In this document: in pieces, positions 29,865 to 42,398 of the stretch | How the letters are laid out: each line of letters begins with the position of its first letter | Numbering within the stretch: position 1 is the first letter of the stretch | DNA from: Patellaria atrata CBS 101060 | Lineage: Eukaryota | Direction of reading: 5' to 3' | DNA length: 64,000 nt | NCBI GenBank assembly: GCA_010093705.1 | Contig: MU006092.1 | Coordinates: forward strand, 750,623 to 814,622 | Position numbers and translations under genes: made by a program | Notes under the pieces: generated by a model | Database searches by the model: none | The model's input: only the letters and a program-made list of their open reading frames with translations | Told to the model about the DNA's origin: nothing

Positions 29865-30519
29865 TGTGAGGTGGGGTATGAGGGGTAGCTGAGTCTAAGG
29901 TATGGGTGAAGTGACTGTACTTAGATCTGAAGATTTTAGGGATGACAGAGCGGCAGGTGAAAGTAGACAGCAGTAGCCATATATATGTCTAAATCATCCA
30001 AAGGGGGAGCAGGTTTTCGGCAGTTTTAGGGAAGGGGTGAAATGGTGTGCTTTATTGAAACGTATATTATTTCCACCTAGAACCTCCCTTTGTCACTGAC
30101 GAGTTTGTAATCAATAGTCTCACGTGTTTAGTTGGGCACTAAATTTACAGTAGAGACGGATGCCATACCCGGTGTCCCTTCAATATGGAACCTGAAGTAA
30201 AGTAAGGTCTTAGAGAATGCCTCTAATGGTCCTTCAACATATCTGTGAACACAAGCAACATTTGTTTGTGAAAATGAGGCTCACTATTGATCTGCATATC
30301 GCCCACCAAACATATCCCCTAAAGCGTGGCTTTTCACTCCCCGCCATGGTCCCCAAAACGTGGGCACCTGCTGCCTGTTTCGAGCCCAGACGATCAACGT
30401 CACTCATGAGGGTTCGCGGGCCTAACCGCCCCGCGTCCACCTTTCCCTACCTTACCTAACCTCCAATGTCAAATTCTTAGGATTATAGTACACAACAAGC
30501 AGGACATCAATATTATTCG

Positions 30520-33220
30520 ATGAAGATGGCCTCGTAAGCATCATATCATCGCATATTGTACCAAATCTAACAGAGGTAGCAATATACTCTCTCTTCCGTT
30601 TCGTCGCACTCATGCCGCTTCACTGTCTGAGGCTATCAAGCAGTACATCTCAAGCAAATACGACCAGCATCCTGACATGTTTACAAAAGACCTCGAGACT
30701 ATAGATCAGCTGAGAACTAGTGCGATCAATGCTCTTGAACCTCACTCCAGTGGCATACGGAAGCTGCAAGCTTACGCTGCCCAGCTTGTATGGGTGACGG
30801 GGAAATTTCCGGTTGATGTATGGAACATAACAACCACACACATAAGATCGTGGGCTAACTCTTGACAGATTGGAGTCGATTTTACGTGGTACCCTGCTCT
30901 TGGATATAACACGTCGCGACCAAGTAACAATCATAGCTATACCAACAAACTTCACAAGCTGACACATTCGTAGCTTCTCAAAATAACCTACGATTTGAAC
31001 TTGCGAATATTCTTTATAACCTTGCCGCTATGTACTCACAATTAGCTACGTCCACGAACAGAAGTACATCAGAAGGCTTGAAAACGGCATGTAACTACTT
31101 CTGCAATGCGGCCGGCGTCCTCAAGTATACGAAGACGGATATCGTTCCGGATATGCGAACAACACCACCAGAAGATATGGACAACATGACGCTGGAGAGT
31201 TTAGAGAATCTCATGCTCGCACAGGCGCAAGAATGCTTCTGGCAAAAGGCTGTTAAGGATGGCTTAAAAGATGCGTCAATTGCAAAACTAGCGGCAAGTG
31301 TCTCAGACCTGTACTCTGATGCAGGAGATTACGCCATAAAATCCGACTTCATTAGCAGCGAATGGATCCACCATACGTCAGCAAAACACCACCATTTTGC
31401 GGCTGCAGCACAGTACCGAGCAGCATGCGACTGTTTGGAGAAGAGAAAGTACGGAGAGGAAGTTGCTCGTCTGCGCGATGCCCTAACCTGTGTAAATGAC
31501 GCATTAAGGGAGCAACGGTATATTAACAAGGCAGTATATGGTGACCTGAATGGTCTTAAGAATAGAGTGACAGAAGATTTGAAAAGAGCGGAGAAAGATA
31601 ATGACATGATTTATCTTTGTGAGTGATCTGATGTCGATCGCAATTATGTTACGACTAACCGATCGTCAGTACCCGTACCACCCAAATCTGAACTCAGAAC
31701 ATTAGATCGCGCCAAAATGGTGGATTCCAGAGTACCTAAAGAGGTCTCAGAATCAATCTCGATGTTGAGTGAAAATGGACCCCTTGGCAGACCCCTTTTC
31801 ACGAAACTGGTACCCTACTCTGTGCATGTGGCTGCCAGTATTTACGTGGACCGAAGGGATCGGCTCGTAAACCAAACCATCGACGAACTTGAAGATTTGA
31901 CGACAAAGATACATGAAGTCCTAAAGTCTCTCAATCTTCCCGGCTCATTACAAGCGTTGGAAAAGCCTCTCGGTTTACCTTCTAGTCTGATTTCACACGC
32001 CGAGGAAATCCGAGAAAAGGATGGATTGGACCGCCTGTACCGTTCTATCGATGAGACCGAAAACCTGAAAGATAATGACAGACGAACCTACCAGGAAGGA
32101 GTAGACCTCTTGCGAACCGAAGCAGCAGAAGATGAACGAGCTAGAAGAAAGTACGGCACGGAACGATGGAATCGATCAACCTCCGAAGCTACTGTACCCA
32201 AATTGTTCGCACAGATAGGGGAAATAGAGGGTTACCTGAAATCGGCAAAGAACAGTGATAGTCTCGTACATGCAAAACTAAAAGATAATGAAAGTCTGAT
32301 CAGATTGCTGAGTGGAACAGACCGCGATCTTGAGAAATATGTGCCTAGCAGCCGGCGTGCGACCATGACCGCAGCGGTTGAACGAGAATCTAGTAAACTG
32401 CGAGGGTGTCTCAATGATGTCAATCGGCTCGAGAGTCGCCGTAGACGAAAGATTGAAGCACTAAAAGCGAAAGCTAAACAAGATGATATAAATCCGGATC
32501 TCCTCAAGGAAACCGCTCGCTTAGAGAGGGAATATCCGATGCAGACCATTGAAGCCGTACAGTTTGAGACCATATTTGACGAACGATTGACTCAATACGA
32601 TGTTGACAAGAAAATGGTTCAAGAGGAGGAACTAGAACAGCAGGAAATTATCAAGCTATTGAGAGACACTAACACTGCTTTCATTAATGCCAGACGGGGA
32701 GATACTTCTACCAGGCAACGAGAACAAGCTCTTCAGAGTCTGGAGAATGCTTACTTCAAGTATAAGGAAATCATCTCGAATCTGGATGTCGGGAGAAAGT
32801 TTTATAACGATCTAGCTAAAATTGTTGGACGTTTTAGGGATGAGTGCAGAAACTTTGTTTATCAGCGCCGGGCTGAAGCAGCTTCCATGGAATCGTAAGT
32901 GTTCGAAATCATATTCTAATTTCTAACTAACTAACTCTACAACAAGTGATCTCTCTATGGCCATGTCGTCGCTCAATCTACACCATGCCGAATCGTTGCA
33001 GCAGCAGCGACGAGCAGACAGTAACAATCCCCCATACACTACTCCGGCGAAAACGGCAACTCCACTAGCAGCACCAACTGCAGTCAGTCCTGTGTCCACT
33101 GTATGGTCTCCAGATATGGGTATCAAATTTGGGAATGCAACTCCAGCGGTGACAAATCCGAACCTGAGTCAGAATATGGATGGTCGATGGGACCCTACTA
33201 AAGGAGTAAAATTTGGGTGA
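30520..33220 (+). CDS. palA: pH-response regulator PalA/Rim20 (Bro1 + ALIX V domain)
   Basis: (MK)MASNILSLPFRRT..YDQHPDMF; GVDFTWYPALGY; LRFELANILYN; LAQAQECFWQKA; AEKDNDMIY; LNLPGSLQALEKP; GRKFYNDL. Five introns. Confidence 0.95.
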
Positions 33221-34896
33221 TTGCTATACTGTACGAAATAAGATTGAAGAGATACCTTGGTAATCGCGGATTACGAAGCACCGAAGTGATGAGTGAATAT
33301 AAGGTATGCTTTCTTCTGAATGATGATTATTGGGACATGAAATTTCTTGGAAGCTCTTCACGCTCAGCACTTGTACAGTACCTTTCGTATTGGTACTGTA
33401 CAGTACTGTACCCAGCATACGGTCAATTGGGCACATGCTATATTTACATGCATGAAGCTTGAAGTAGTATGATGCAAAGCACAAGATGTAACAGAATATC
33501 CCGGGGTTCTGGAAAAGGACATGCTTGTCCAAGAAAATCCGCCTGATCAGGTTATGTAAGGGCGAAGATTCTGCCTTGTGGCAGGTGTGGCTGTGGAGAT
33601 GTTAGATTCGCGAATCAAAACCGTCAATCGATCCAATTTATCCCAAAATAGGGGAAAGATGTCAGTGATTGTCAGGTCGTCACGTTTATAGTTGCTGTCA
33701 AGTAGGAGGGAGGCTGTGCTGTAGTGTCTCCACTCCGCAGAAGAAGAAGCATCCATTCAAACAATTCCAGTTATTCGCGAACAATTTATAGACCCAAAAG
33801 GGACCAACAGTTTCGTTTACCGAAGTGATTATGAGACCATTATTCGCCATAGAATCGGTGAAGTTGTGCCAAATCTAATATCCCCTAGCCTGATTCCGCA
33901 TCTTCAACCAGTGATGTTGCGATAAGGTGATCTGCCCTATGGATATCTGGTGCAAGGCCTGGTGACTTGCCTGTTCATCAGTGTTCGAAATGTAGTAGAC
34001 TGTCTCGACTGTCCGGTCATATACCGCTACTTTGTTCCCTCTCCCCTGAGGCTTAGATCCTTTCAAACTACGTTATTTTGTTTATGAATATTTGTTATCC
34101 CGTAAAGGATAGCCTCATCAAATCTTTTAGAGCCTTACCCAGATGTGATACAGATAATATAAGGCCGCGGTTGACATTCTGGCTGTCTTGACAAGCGCCG
34201 GCCTCCTATTTTTCACGAGAGTTCGGTTGACAGTTTGCAGGCCTCCTTTTCTGATAAAGGTCCAGTTGTTGTCATTCATACACCACCGACACCCTGAGGT
34301 ACCAAACACCCCCCGAATTTCCACTACCTTTAGGCGCTGCGTATTACTGCCGCACCATCCATAGCAGACCCCTCGGCCAAGGAAACGCTACAGCAACAAC
34401 AGCGTCCAACTCATCAGAATTTCCTTACGTACTTTGAAGAACAGAATCAACTCTCTTTCTTTTCCCTCCTTAGCACAGGAAGCGCAAATTCTCACTTGCT
34501 ACCGCGACCTCGGTCCAGTTTTCTCTCCATCTATTCTCATAGCTCCGCTCCTTCAACAATCCCAGTTTTAAAACGCGTTGGAAGGGTCACTCTTTGCATC
34601 CGCCACCCGAGTCACCATCGCAGCGCACAAGCATTGCCGACGCAACAGCAACAGCAACAGTAAGGGCGTTAGGGGAGCTTGACCTTTAAAAGTCAGTGGA
34701 TTGCTCGGGAACTGAAGCTCGTGAGCTCTCCAAAGCGTGGAACAATCATTCGAACCTTTCAGGCGATTGGCAAGTCGCTGCGCCCCAAGCTCAGCCTCAA
34801 GGCGTCCACAGCCATACCCGAAATCGTGACATCCCACCCACAACCCCTCCAGCCTCAGACATCCAAGGTCTGAACCCCAACTCCAAGCACCGGGAA

Positions 34897-34936
34897 CTAC
34901 TCGATTGCTTGATTACTCGATTACTCGATTACTCGA
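34897..34936. repeat. 8-bp tandem repeat (TTACTCGA)x3 plus 2 degenerate units in the crzA leader
   Basis: ctactcga ttgcttga ttactcga ttactcga ttactcga. Confidence 0.85.
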
Positions 34937-35064
34937 TAGGCTTGCCTTGCTTGTTCGTTACTCGGTCATTATCTATCCCGCCGCCTCCAGGTAGATCCCT
35001 TGGTCATAGCTTGTGTGCTTGACTCTCCGCGTTCCTAAGAAAAGAAACAACATTTTACAACATC

Positions 35065-37374
35065 ATGGAGGAGCACCAGAGAGGGCGGTCTCCCTCTGCC
35101 GGCCATCATACTCATATAAGGCATTCCCCATCACCGTCCCCACATGCAATATTCACTCCGGACGCGTCTGGACTTGGTTTGAAAGCATCGGTTTTGAATA
35201 CTGGGAACTTCAATGCGAACTTCAATCAGCAGCAGTTCTCCCCTCCGGCTCAGCAACAATTCTCCCCTCCGGCTCAGAACCAATTCGATATAAACTCTCA
35301 GTACTTGACTTCCAACCCTACTCAGCAATATCCGCAATCCAGCATTGCAGATCACGCTTTCCTACAGGCTACACAGGGTCTATCAACACATAGCTCTCCG
35401 AGCCCACAGTTTGGACATCAAAACAATATCTATTCTAATAATCCCCTTGGAATTCCCAACGACGCAACAGTAGACGACGGAACATTTGACCCCCGTTTTC
35501 TCTCGAACAATAACATTCAAGATCAATCGATCGACCCCTCTTTTCTCTTGGATTCCTCTCTTCCACAACCTCAGGATCAATCAATCGATCCTCACCTCAT
35601 AAACCAAATGAGTTCGGCTACAGCACAATCGCCCACTCCCCCGCACCTTCTTCAACCCGATATGCGCCAACACTCTGGTAACAGCCCTCATCACTCACCC
35701 GCATTGAGTCAAGGTGGATTCCCGTCTCCACACCATTCGAGGCACACCTCATTGGATCCCTCGAGTGCGGCCTTTCCCCAGGGTCAGAATGCGGAATGGG
35801 CAAATATGTATCGTACCCACCGACGAACTCCGTCAGATACATATTCCGTTTCCGATATCTCTTCGGCTCACGCATCACCACACTTAGGCCACGAGCCATT
35901 CGATCCTAACGACCAGTCTCCGATGCTTAATCCTCAAGGAGATCTAGGAATGTTCCAAGACCTGAATAACTTCCAACAGTTCTCTCTTTCTGAGAATAAC
36001 TCCCAATCTCATATCAGCCCGGCACATAGTCCTCATATTTCGCCACGTTTGATGCCGGAGCAGCATGCTTTACCACCCTTTAGTTCGGAAAATAACTTTG
36101 GACTCGGTGCAAACCTGAATAATCAATACGGTAGTCAACAAGGCCTCGAGTTGTTTCCCGGTCAAGGTCAAGAACCATTTCCCACATTGCAGAGCTTCGA
36201 TTCTGGCCCTACTGAAGCGATGTCCCCACCAGATATTACTATCCATCTCGCACCTCCCTCCAGGCAAGCAAGCTTTGAACCGGCTAAGCCTGATGGCGAA
36301 CTACCTGGAAATGCCCTAAGTCCTCCTGACCGTGAGTTCCCCTTTTTCTACACCACTCTTCCATTACATACTAATCGTATCTTAGGTCGCAGTAGGAATC
36401 GCAACCGAGCGAAATCTGACCCGTTCAGTGGCGGTAGCACTCGAGCTTCAAGTCCAGGTGGTCAGTCTGACACTAATTCTCTCTCCCCGGCTGCAGCTAG
36501 ATCACGATCTCCATCTCCATCCAACAAGTCTTCGCGTCGATCTTCGACTTCCAGTATCCCGCACAGAGATTACATTCTTGACTTAGCTGATCCGAGCCGT
36601 CCAACTTCCGGAAACTCCGAGGGATCGAACTCGAATAGCAAGCGCACGCAAAAGCATCCAGCTACCTTCCAGTGTAACCTTTGCCCTAAACGTTTCACTC
36701 GTGCATACAATTTACGCTCACATCTTCGCACGCACACCGACGAACGTCCATTCGTATGTAGCGTGTGCGGTAAAGCATTCGCCCGCCAGCATGACCGTAA
36801 ACGCCACGAAGGGCTACATTCAGGAGAAAAAAAGTTCGTCTGCAAGGGTGTCCTGAAGGACGGCAATAATTGGGGCTGTGGTCGTCGCTTTGCTCGTGCG
36901 GATGCACTTGGTAGACATTTCAGGAGCGAAGCAGGTCGCGTCTGTATCCGCCCCCTATTGGAGGAAGAAGCCCAAGAAAAGGGTTGGAACAACGAGAACC
37001 AACCCCATGAAGGCCAAACGGACCAATTCCAACACATCCCCCCAGGGCAAATGGTCCCTGTGCAAATAGGGCATCAACATGGATTTGGATATCCCCCTCC
37101 CGGCCCCGGTATTGATGTAAATGTACAGCCGCATATCCCGAACTATCTGCCCGCTGTATTATTACAGCAATTCCCGGATTTGGCCGGGATTCAGTGGAAT
37201 ACCTTACCGCCAGGTCCACCGGAGGAAATGGAACCAGGGGATATCAGTGGTAGGAGCAGCTTTGATGCGAGCAGCGGTGGCGAACTTTTTGATGACGATG
37301 ATGAAGCGAATTTTGGTGCTCAAGGTCAGAACTTCGGCGTTGCCCAGGGATGGGCCAGTGACTACGATCGTTGA
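35065..37374 (+). CDS. crzA: Calcineurin-responsive C2H2 zinc-finger transcription factor
   Basis: [82 protein letters not shown]; Ser-rich region; PDITIH docking-like motif. In-frame 54-nt intron 36332-36385. Confidence 0.96.
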   Translation: MEEHQRGRSPSAGHHTHIRHSPSPSPHAIFTPDASGLGLKASVLNTGNFNANFNQQQFSPPAQQQFSPPAQNQFDINSQYLTSNPTQQYPQSSIADHAFLQATQGLSTHSSPSPQFGHQNNIYSNNPLGIPNDATVDDGTFDPRFLSNNNIQDQSIDPSFLLDSSLPQPQDQSIDPHLINQMSSATAQSPTPPHLLQPDMRQHSGNSPHHSPALSQGGFPSPHHSRHTSLDPSSAAFPQGQNAEWANMYRTHRRTPSDTYSVSDISSAHASPHLGHEPFDPNDQSPMLNPQGDLGMFQDLNNFQQFSLSENNSQSHISPAHSPHISPRLMPEQHALPPFSSENNFGLGANLNNQYGSQQGLELFPGQGQEPFPTLQSFDSGPTEAMSPPDITIHLAPPSRQASFEPAKPDGELPGNALSPPDREFPFFYTTLPLHTNRILGRSRNRNRAKSDPFSGGSTRASSPGGQSDTNSLSPAAARSRSPSPSNKSSRRSSTSSIPHRDYILDLADPSRPTSGNSEGSNSNSKRTQKHPATFQCNLCPKRFTRAYNLRSHLRTHTDERPFVCSVCGKAFARQHDRKRHEGLHSGEKKFVCKGVLKDGNNWGCGRRFARADALGRHFRSEAGRVCIRPLLEEEAQEKGWNNENQPHEGQTDQFQHIPPGQMVPVQIGHQHGFGYPPPGPGIDVNVQPHIPNYLPAVLLQQFPDLAGIQWNTLPPGPPEEMEPGDISGRSSFDASSGGELFDDDDEANFGAQGQNFGVAQGWASDYDR

Positions 37375-38550
37375 GGGGTGTGGTTTGGGGGGGGGGGGGA
37401 GGAGGGGGGAATGTTGGTCTTTGGGTAGTTGCTGCTCCTGGATACAGGATTTTTTTTTTGTTCATACGATTTTCTTGCTCTTTGGGGGTGTTGCTCTCCT
37501 TATGTTGAGTTTGGGATAGCTACGCGCGATTTGTTTTAGTTTCTTCATGTACGATGATACCAGATCCATGTTCTGCCATGGATAAATTCGATGTCGATGG
37601 AATTATTCGTGTTCTTGGGGGGTATGACATGAGATGTGTTACGACTGCTTTCATGATGAATGTTGATAAAGGGGCTAGACATAGACTCATGTTTTATAGA
37701 AGTGTTTCAGCTCTGACCTGGGAATAAACATCGTATGCTGTAATTTAAAATTTACCATGCTTGTTAAGTGACTATGTATCTATTCTGTCCATTCGCATGT
37801 TCACATACTTTATCTACTATATAATTCGTCCTCGAGCTGTTTCCGACCCTGTTATACAGAAGAGGAGCATTGTACCAGGAGCGCTTAACCGTATGGACGA
37901 TTTAGTCATATATCTTTACGTTCTATACGCCGAAATTCGAAACTATTTCTAACTAAACGGGATAATAACAACGTGAAATATATCTAGAAGGGTATTTGTA
38001 GGGAGCTGTTATTTTAAATACCCCTTTTTTATACATTGACAACCCTCCGCCACCCCCCACCTAAAACACGTTCCTTCCACTTGCGAGTTGTAAACAAACA
38101 GACCGTGACTTCTTTCCATATCGCAGAGACCGGCGGCCTAGTGGTGGGAAACCCCCACCACACCGATCAGGCCAAAACCAACCGGTCCAGAGGTCGAATC
38201 TTAGAGGGGGATAATGTCCTCAAGCAGAAGTACCACATCGCTCCATGGGTCTCGGCCCGTGGGGAGTGGGTGAGAACTGTTTTGGTTTTTTTTTTTTTTC
38301 TCTCTTTCTTTTTTTTGGGGGGGGTTACTGTATAATAAATCTAATCGTGTTATATGGAGGAATCTCATGGAGTTTAGTATTGCAGATAAGTTGTAGTTCT
38401 ACGGAAGCGGTGCCGGATCGGGAACTTGATCGCGAGAAAATATCGGACGAGCTCATCAGCTTTTGTACATAGAGGTACTGCTTCGTACCTTTCTCTCTTC
38501 CTCTTGTTTTACAATATCTATATGATTATGCCGGAGCACCCATGTAGCTG

Positions 38551-40384
38551 ATGTCTGGCGTTAACTTCTTCAAACCGTTCTTTCGGCCGTCTACCTCTTG
38601 GACTTGTGCAAATTGCATCCGACAACAGCAGCGACGTCATGCTTCACAATGGGGGAGAATCAAGGTCAACGCCACTGGATCTAAGAGGATACCTAGGAAT
38701 AAGGGGAGGCGCAACATTATAATTGTAACTTCAGGAGGCACACTTGCAATTGGAGCCGTCAGTTTGAGCGATGATGCGAAGCATGTAGCTACAGCGACGA
38801 GAAGGACGAGTCGCATCGTTGGGACATTATTCCTTTGCATAAATGAGTAAGTCCTACAATATGAGACCTAGAGATACGGGCTAATAGAATGATTTGCAGC
38901 TATCGGACGACCCTAAAACACGATCGTAGCAATGAAGGTGAATATCAAGCCCTCCTTAGAGCTTGCCACAAGCGATGCGCCGAAAGAACACTCGTAACCA
39001 TGGAAAAGAGTGGATCTATATTCATAAAGCTAGGCCAGCATCTCAGCAGTCTCAATTATCTCCTCCCTAGCGAGTGGTGTGATACTTTTATACCACTGCA
39101 GGACAAATGTCCTGTATCCTCATACCAATCGATTGAAGAGATGGTGCTTAAGGATACTGGCCATACCTTGATGGAGTTTTTCTCTGAATTTGAAAGGGAA
39201 CCGATAGGAGCAGCATCATTAGCACAGGTACATAGAGCGGTGGTGAGGGACACAGGACAGAAGGTCGCAGTTAAAGTTCAACATCCAGCATTAGACGAAT
39301 GGACACCATTAGATCTAGCACTCACCAGATTCTCCTTCGCCACTCTAAAGCGCTTCTTCCCCGACTACGATCTTACATGGCTAGGGGAAGAGTTGGACGT
39401 CTCACTCCCCCAAGAACTCGACTTTAACCGTGAAGCCACCAATGCAATCCGCGCCAAAAATTACTTCTCCCGACATCATGAACTCCCTCTCTTAATCCCT
39501 AACGTTCTCTGGGCGCGCCGTAGGATTCTAGTCATGGAGTACCTTACCGGCCACCGCCCAGATGATCTCGAGTACCTCGACTCCCACAATATCTCCCGAG
39601 ACGAAGTCTCCGCCGCCCTTGCGAGAACGTTTAACGAGATGATCTTCGGCACCAACGCGCCTCTCCACTGCGATCCACACGGCGGCAACATCGCGGTACG
39701 GCATAACCCACACCGGCGCGGAAAACAGAATTTCGACATTATCCTCTACGACCACGGGCTATACCGCGACATTCCGATGAATCTTCGTCGGTCGTACGCT
39801 AAACTTTGGCTCGCGGTCCTCGACGCCGATGAGCCACGCATGCGAAAATACGCTTATGAAGTTGCGGGGATAGGGGATGAGCACTTTCCGCTGTTCGCGA
39901 GTGCGATAACGGGGAGGGATTTTAACGCGGTGAAGACGGGGGTGGCGAAGCCCAGGACGGAGCAGGAAAAGGATAACATATCCGATGCATTGGGGGAGGG
40001 GTTGATCGTGCAGCTTGTACAACTTTTGGGGAAGGTCCCGAGGATTATTCTGCTGATTTTGAAGACGAACGACTTGAGTATGTCCCACCCGCCTTATCCC
40101 GAGTAAACTGTGTTAACGTGGATGTAGCTCGCTCACTCGACGAAAACCTCCATACGAGACAGGGCCCCGTCCGCACGTTCCTCATCCTCGCGCGATATGC
40201 GTCCCGCGCTGTGCTTGAGGAACAGCTGGAGTGGCTGAGGAATAGCGGAAGTCTTCTGTGGCCGAGCAACCTGGTGAGGCTTGCTGAAGCGTGGGCCTCG
40301 TATGCGAGGGTTGGGTTAAAGTTGAGGGTCTATGAGGTGTGGTTGGATGTTAGGGGAATGCTGGGGTGGGCGCCGGTCATATAA
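38551..40384 (+). CDS. ABC1/UbiB atypical kinase (ADCK1/Mcp2-like), mitochondrial presequence-like N-terminus
   Basis: FIKLGQHL, PIGAASLAQVHRA, VAVKVQHP, HCDPHGGN, LYDHGLY. Introns 38847-38899 and 40078-40127. Confidence 0.93.
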
Positions 40385-40702
40385 TTAGCAGGTGAAGGCA
40401 TTACAGGTATATACTGGCTACTGAAGACGTGGTTGTTAGATGCATTACCTGGTGTTGGGTATAGACTTTTAGTGTGGAGGAAATGATTTGAAATACTAAG
40501 CGTCGGGGTATCAGGCCGATAGACTGTTTATATATTCATTTAAGTGCGTTATTCCATCCAGGGGTGATTTTCGAAATTTCTTATAATCATCCAATCTTTA
40601 CGTTTTACATTCTAGACTTTCTTTCAACAATTCATACAGCAAGTTCTGAATGACCTTTTTTCCGTGTTTTATTGCTGGTCTATTCTATCACATTCATTAT
40701 CT

Positions 40703-40728
40703 CCCCCCCCCCCCCCCCCCCCCCCCCC
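40703..40728. repeat. Poly-C homopolymer (~26 nt)
   Basis: Directly visible uninterrupted C run. Confidence 0.95.
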
Positions 40729-40826
40729 TTCCCCCTCTTTTCACCCCTTTATCGCTTAGATACCACTGCAATCCTCGCATCCTCGCATCCTCGCCTCCTC
40801 CCAACCCCCTCCGAAACCCCCAATCC

Positions 40827-41525
40827 ATGAAACCACACTCCATATCCCCCTCTCCAATCCCCCCTCAACCTACCGCCCACACTGAAACCCTCAAAACCTT
40901 CTACCTTCTGCCTCCTCCCCCTCCTAATCCTCCCAACCCACCCCTTTCTCGGGTTCGGTTCCTTTCCCGCCACAATACCTCCTCTACCCCTGCCCCTCCT
41001 TCTATTTCTACTTCTGCTTCTTCTCCTCTCCCTATACTTCCCCATATAGTCCAGAAAGAGACTTACTACGTACAAGGTGAGAAGATAGAGGAGGGTGAGG
41101 AGATGGTATAGGGCACAGAGGATAAGGGAAAGGAGGAGGGGGAGATAGAAAAAGGTGTTGAGTATGAGGAGGGCCGGGAAGGGGGATGGTCGAGATGGGT
41201 GAGAGAGATGATTGGGGAGATAGGGCAGGTTTGTGAGGTTGATGTTGGGGTTGGGGGGAGCATGTTGTGCGTGGGGAGATTGCTATGCGGTGGCGTGGAT
41301 GGCTTGATTTGGGTGGGGTTCGGGATTTGCATTTATGCGTCCATGGGTGTATTGATAGGTTTGTGGAGGAAGGATGGGAAAGAGTGGGAAAGAAAAGGGG
41401 GGGGTGTTGGTGTTTTTGTAGGGTTGGGGTTGTTTCGATGTGTGGGGACAATGAATGGAATCTGGGAAAGGGGAGGTTGGTGCGGTATATACTGTCCTTG
41501 TAGTTCAACAATGTGGTCGAATTGA
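40827..41525 (+). pseudogene. Orphan low-complexity frame (Pro-rich, acidic, TM-like) split by one TAG
   Basis: ORFs 40650-41111 and 41199-41525 share a frame. The only stop between them is TAG 41109-41111. Confidence 0.35.
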
Positions 41526-41936
41526 AAAGTCTCCGGGATTAAAATTGTTATTGTGGTGTAGTTGGAGTTTAGGGACAGTTAGGACAGTGATGGTATACAT
41601 TGGTAACAAAGAGAGAAATTGAGCATAGAATTATAGATAATAAGAAAGGTAGATATGTCATACAGGACGTAATGAGACAGAGGATACGGTCTTCACGTGT
41701 AATATCTCCTACTCCATCATCGACCACCACTGACTCCATCATCAACACCGTCATATCTATCATCACACCCCCCCGCACATCTTTCTATCCATTCACCAAC
41801 CCTATACCCGAATTTCAATACCAAACCACCTCAGACTCACACCAAACTCTTCTCCCCGCCTTTCCGTCCCCTTCTCACTCGTCTCACCCATCAATCCCGC
41901 TCTCCCTCTCGCCTCATCGACCCTCTTCGCAGTCTC

Positions 41937-42398
41937 CTACTTAGTTCCAATCGGTGAGCGCATAAAGAGCCACCAGAGACCCAGTAGAATGACTACAATA
42001 GCTAAGCTAGCTACGACTGGGGAGATAGAAGACCAGGCGTGCTGACAGGATGGGAGGAGGTCCATCTGGACAACTTGGGGATGGAGAATGGGCGGCGGAT
42101 TATTATCGACGAGCTTGGATTGGTGGTTGCGGGAGTGAGAGTGAGACTGGGAGCGGTAACTATGGTGGGCTTGCGGATGGAGATGGTGACGATTATGAGA
42201 ATCCGTTAAGGGGTGGGTTATGGGTATCTCGCCCAGGTCATGGTCCGGGATATATGGTGGTATATTTGTAAACTTGTCCGGGTCCTTGGTGGTTTGTCCT
42301 CTGTGCGGTTGTGTATCCGTATATGGATGTTCGTGAGGGAGATGATGTTCTCGATGTCGTGGTACTTCTGGAGTCAAAGCCCAGTAAACCGGTGGCAT
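41937..42398 (-). CDS. Orphan His/Pro-rich protein with C-terminal TM helix; frame continues 44 codons past its TAG
   Basis: GCCATG start MPPVYW; His-rich middle; TM VVASLAIVVILLGLWWLFM; TAG 41937-41939; next stop 41802-41804. Confidence 0.45.
   Translation of the reverse strand: MPPVYWALTPEVPRHREHHLPHEHPYTDTQPHRGQTTKDPDKFTNIPPYIPDHDLGEIPITHPLTDSHNRHHLHPQAHHSYRSQSHSHSRNHQSKLVDNNPPPILHPQVVQMDLLPSCQHAWSSISPVVASLAIVVILLGLWWLFMRSPIGTK

Noticed and set aside
37654..37716. ATGATGA...CTGA pair downstream of crzA
   Set aside because: No terminal stem or recognisable guide; likely chance in an AT-rich UTR.
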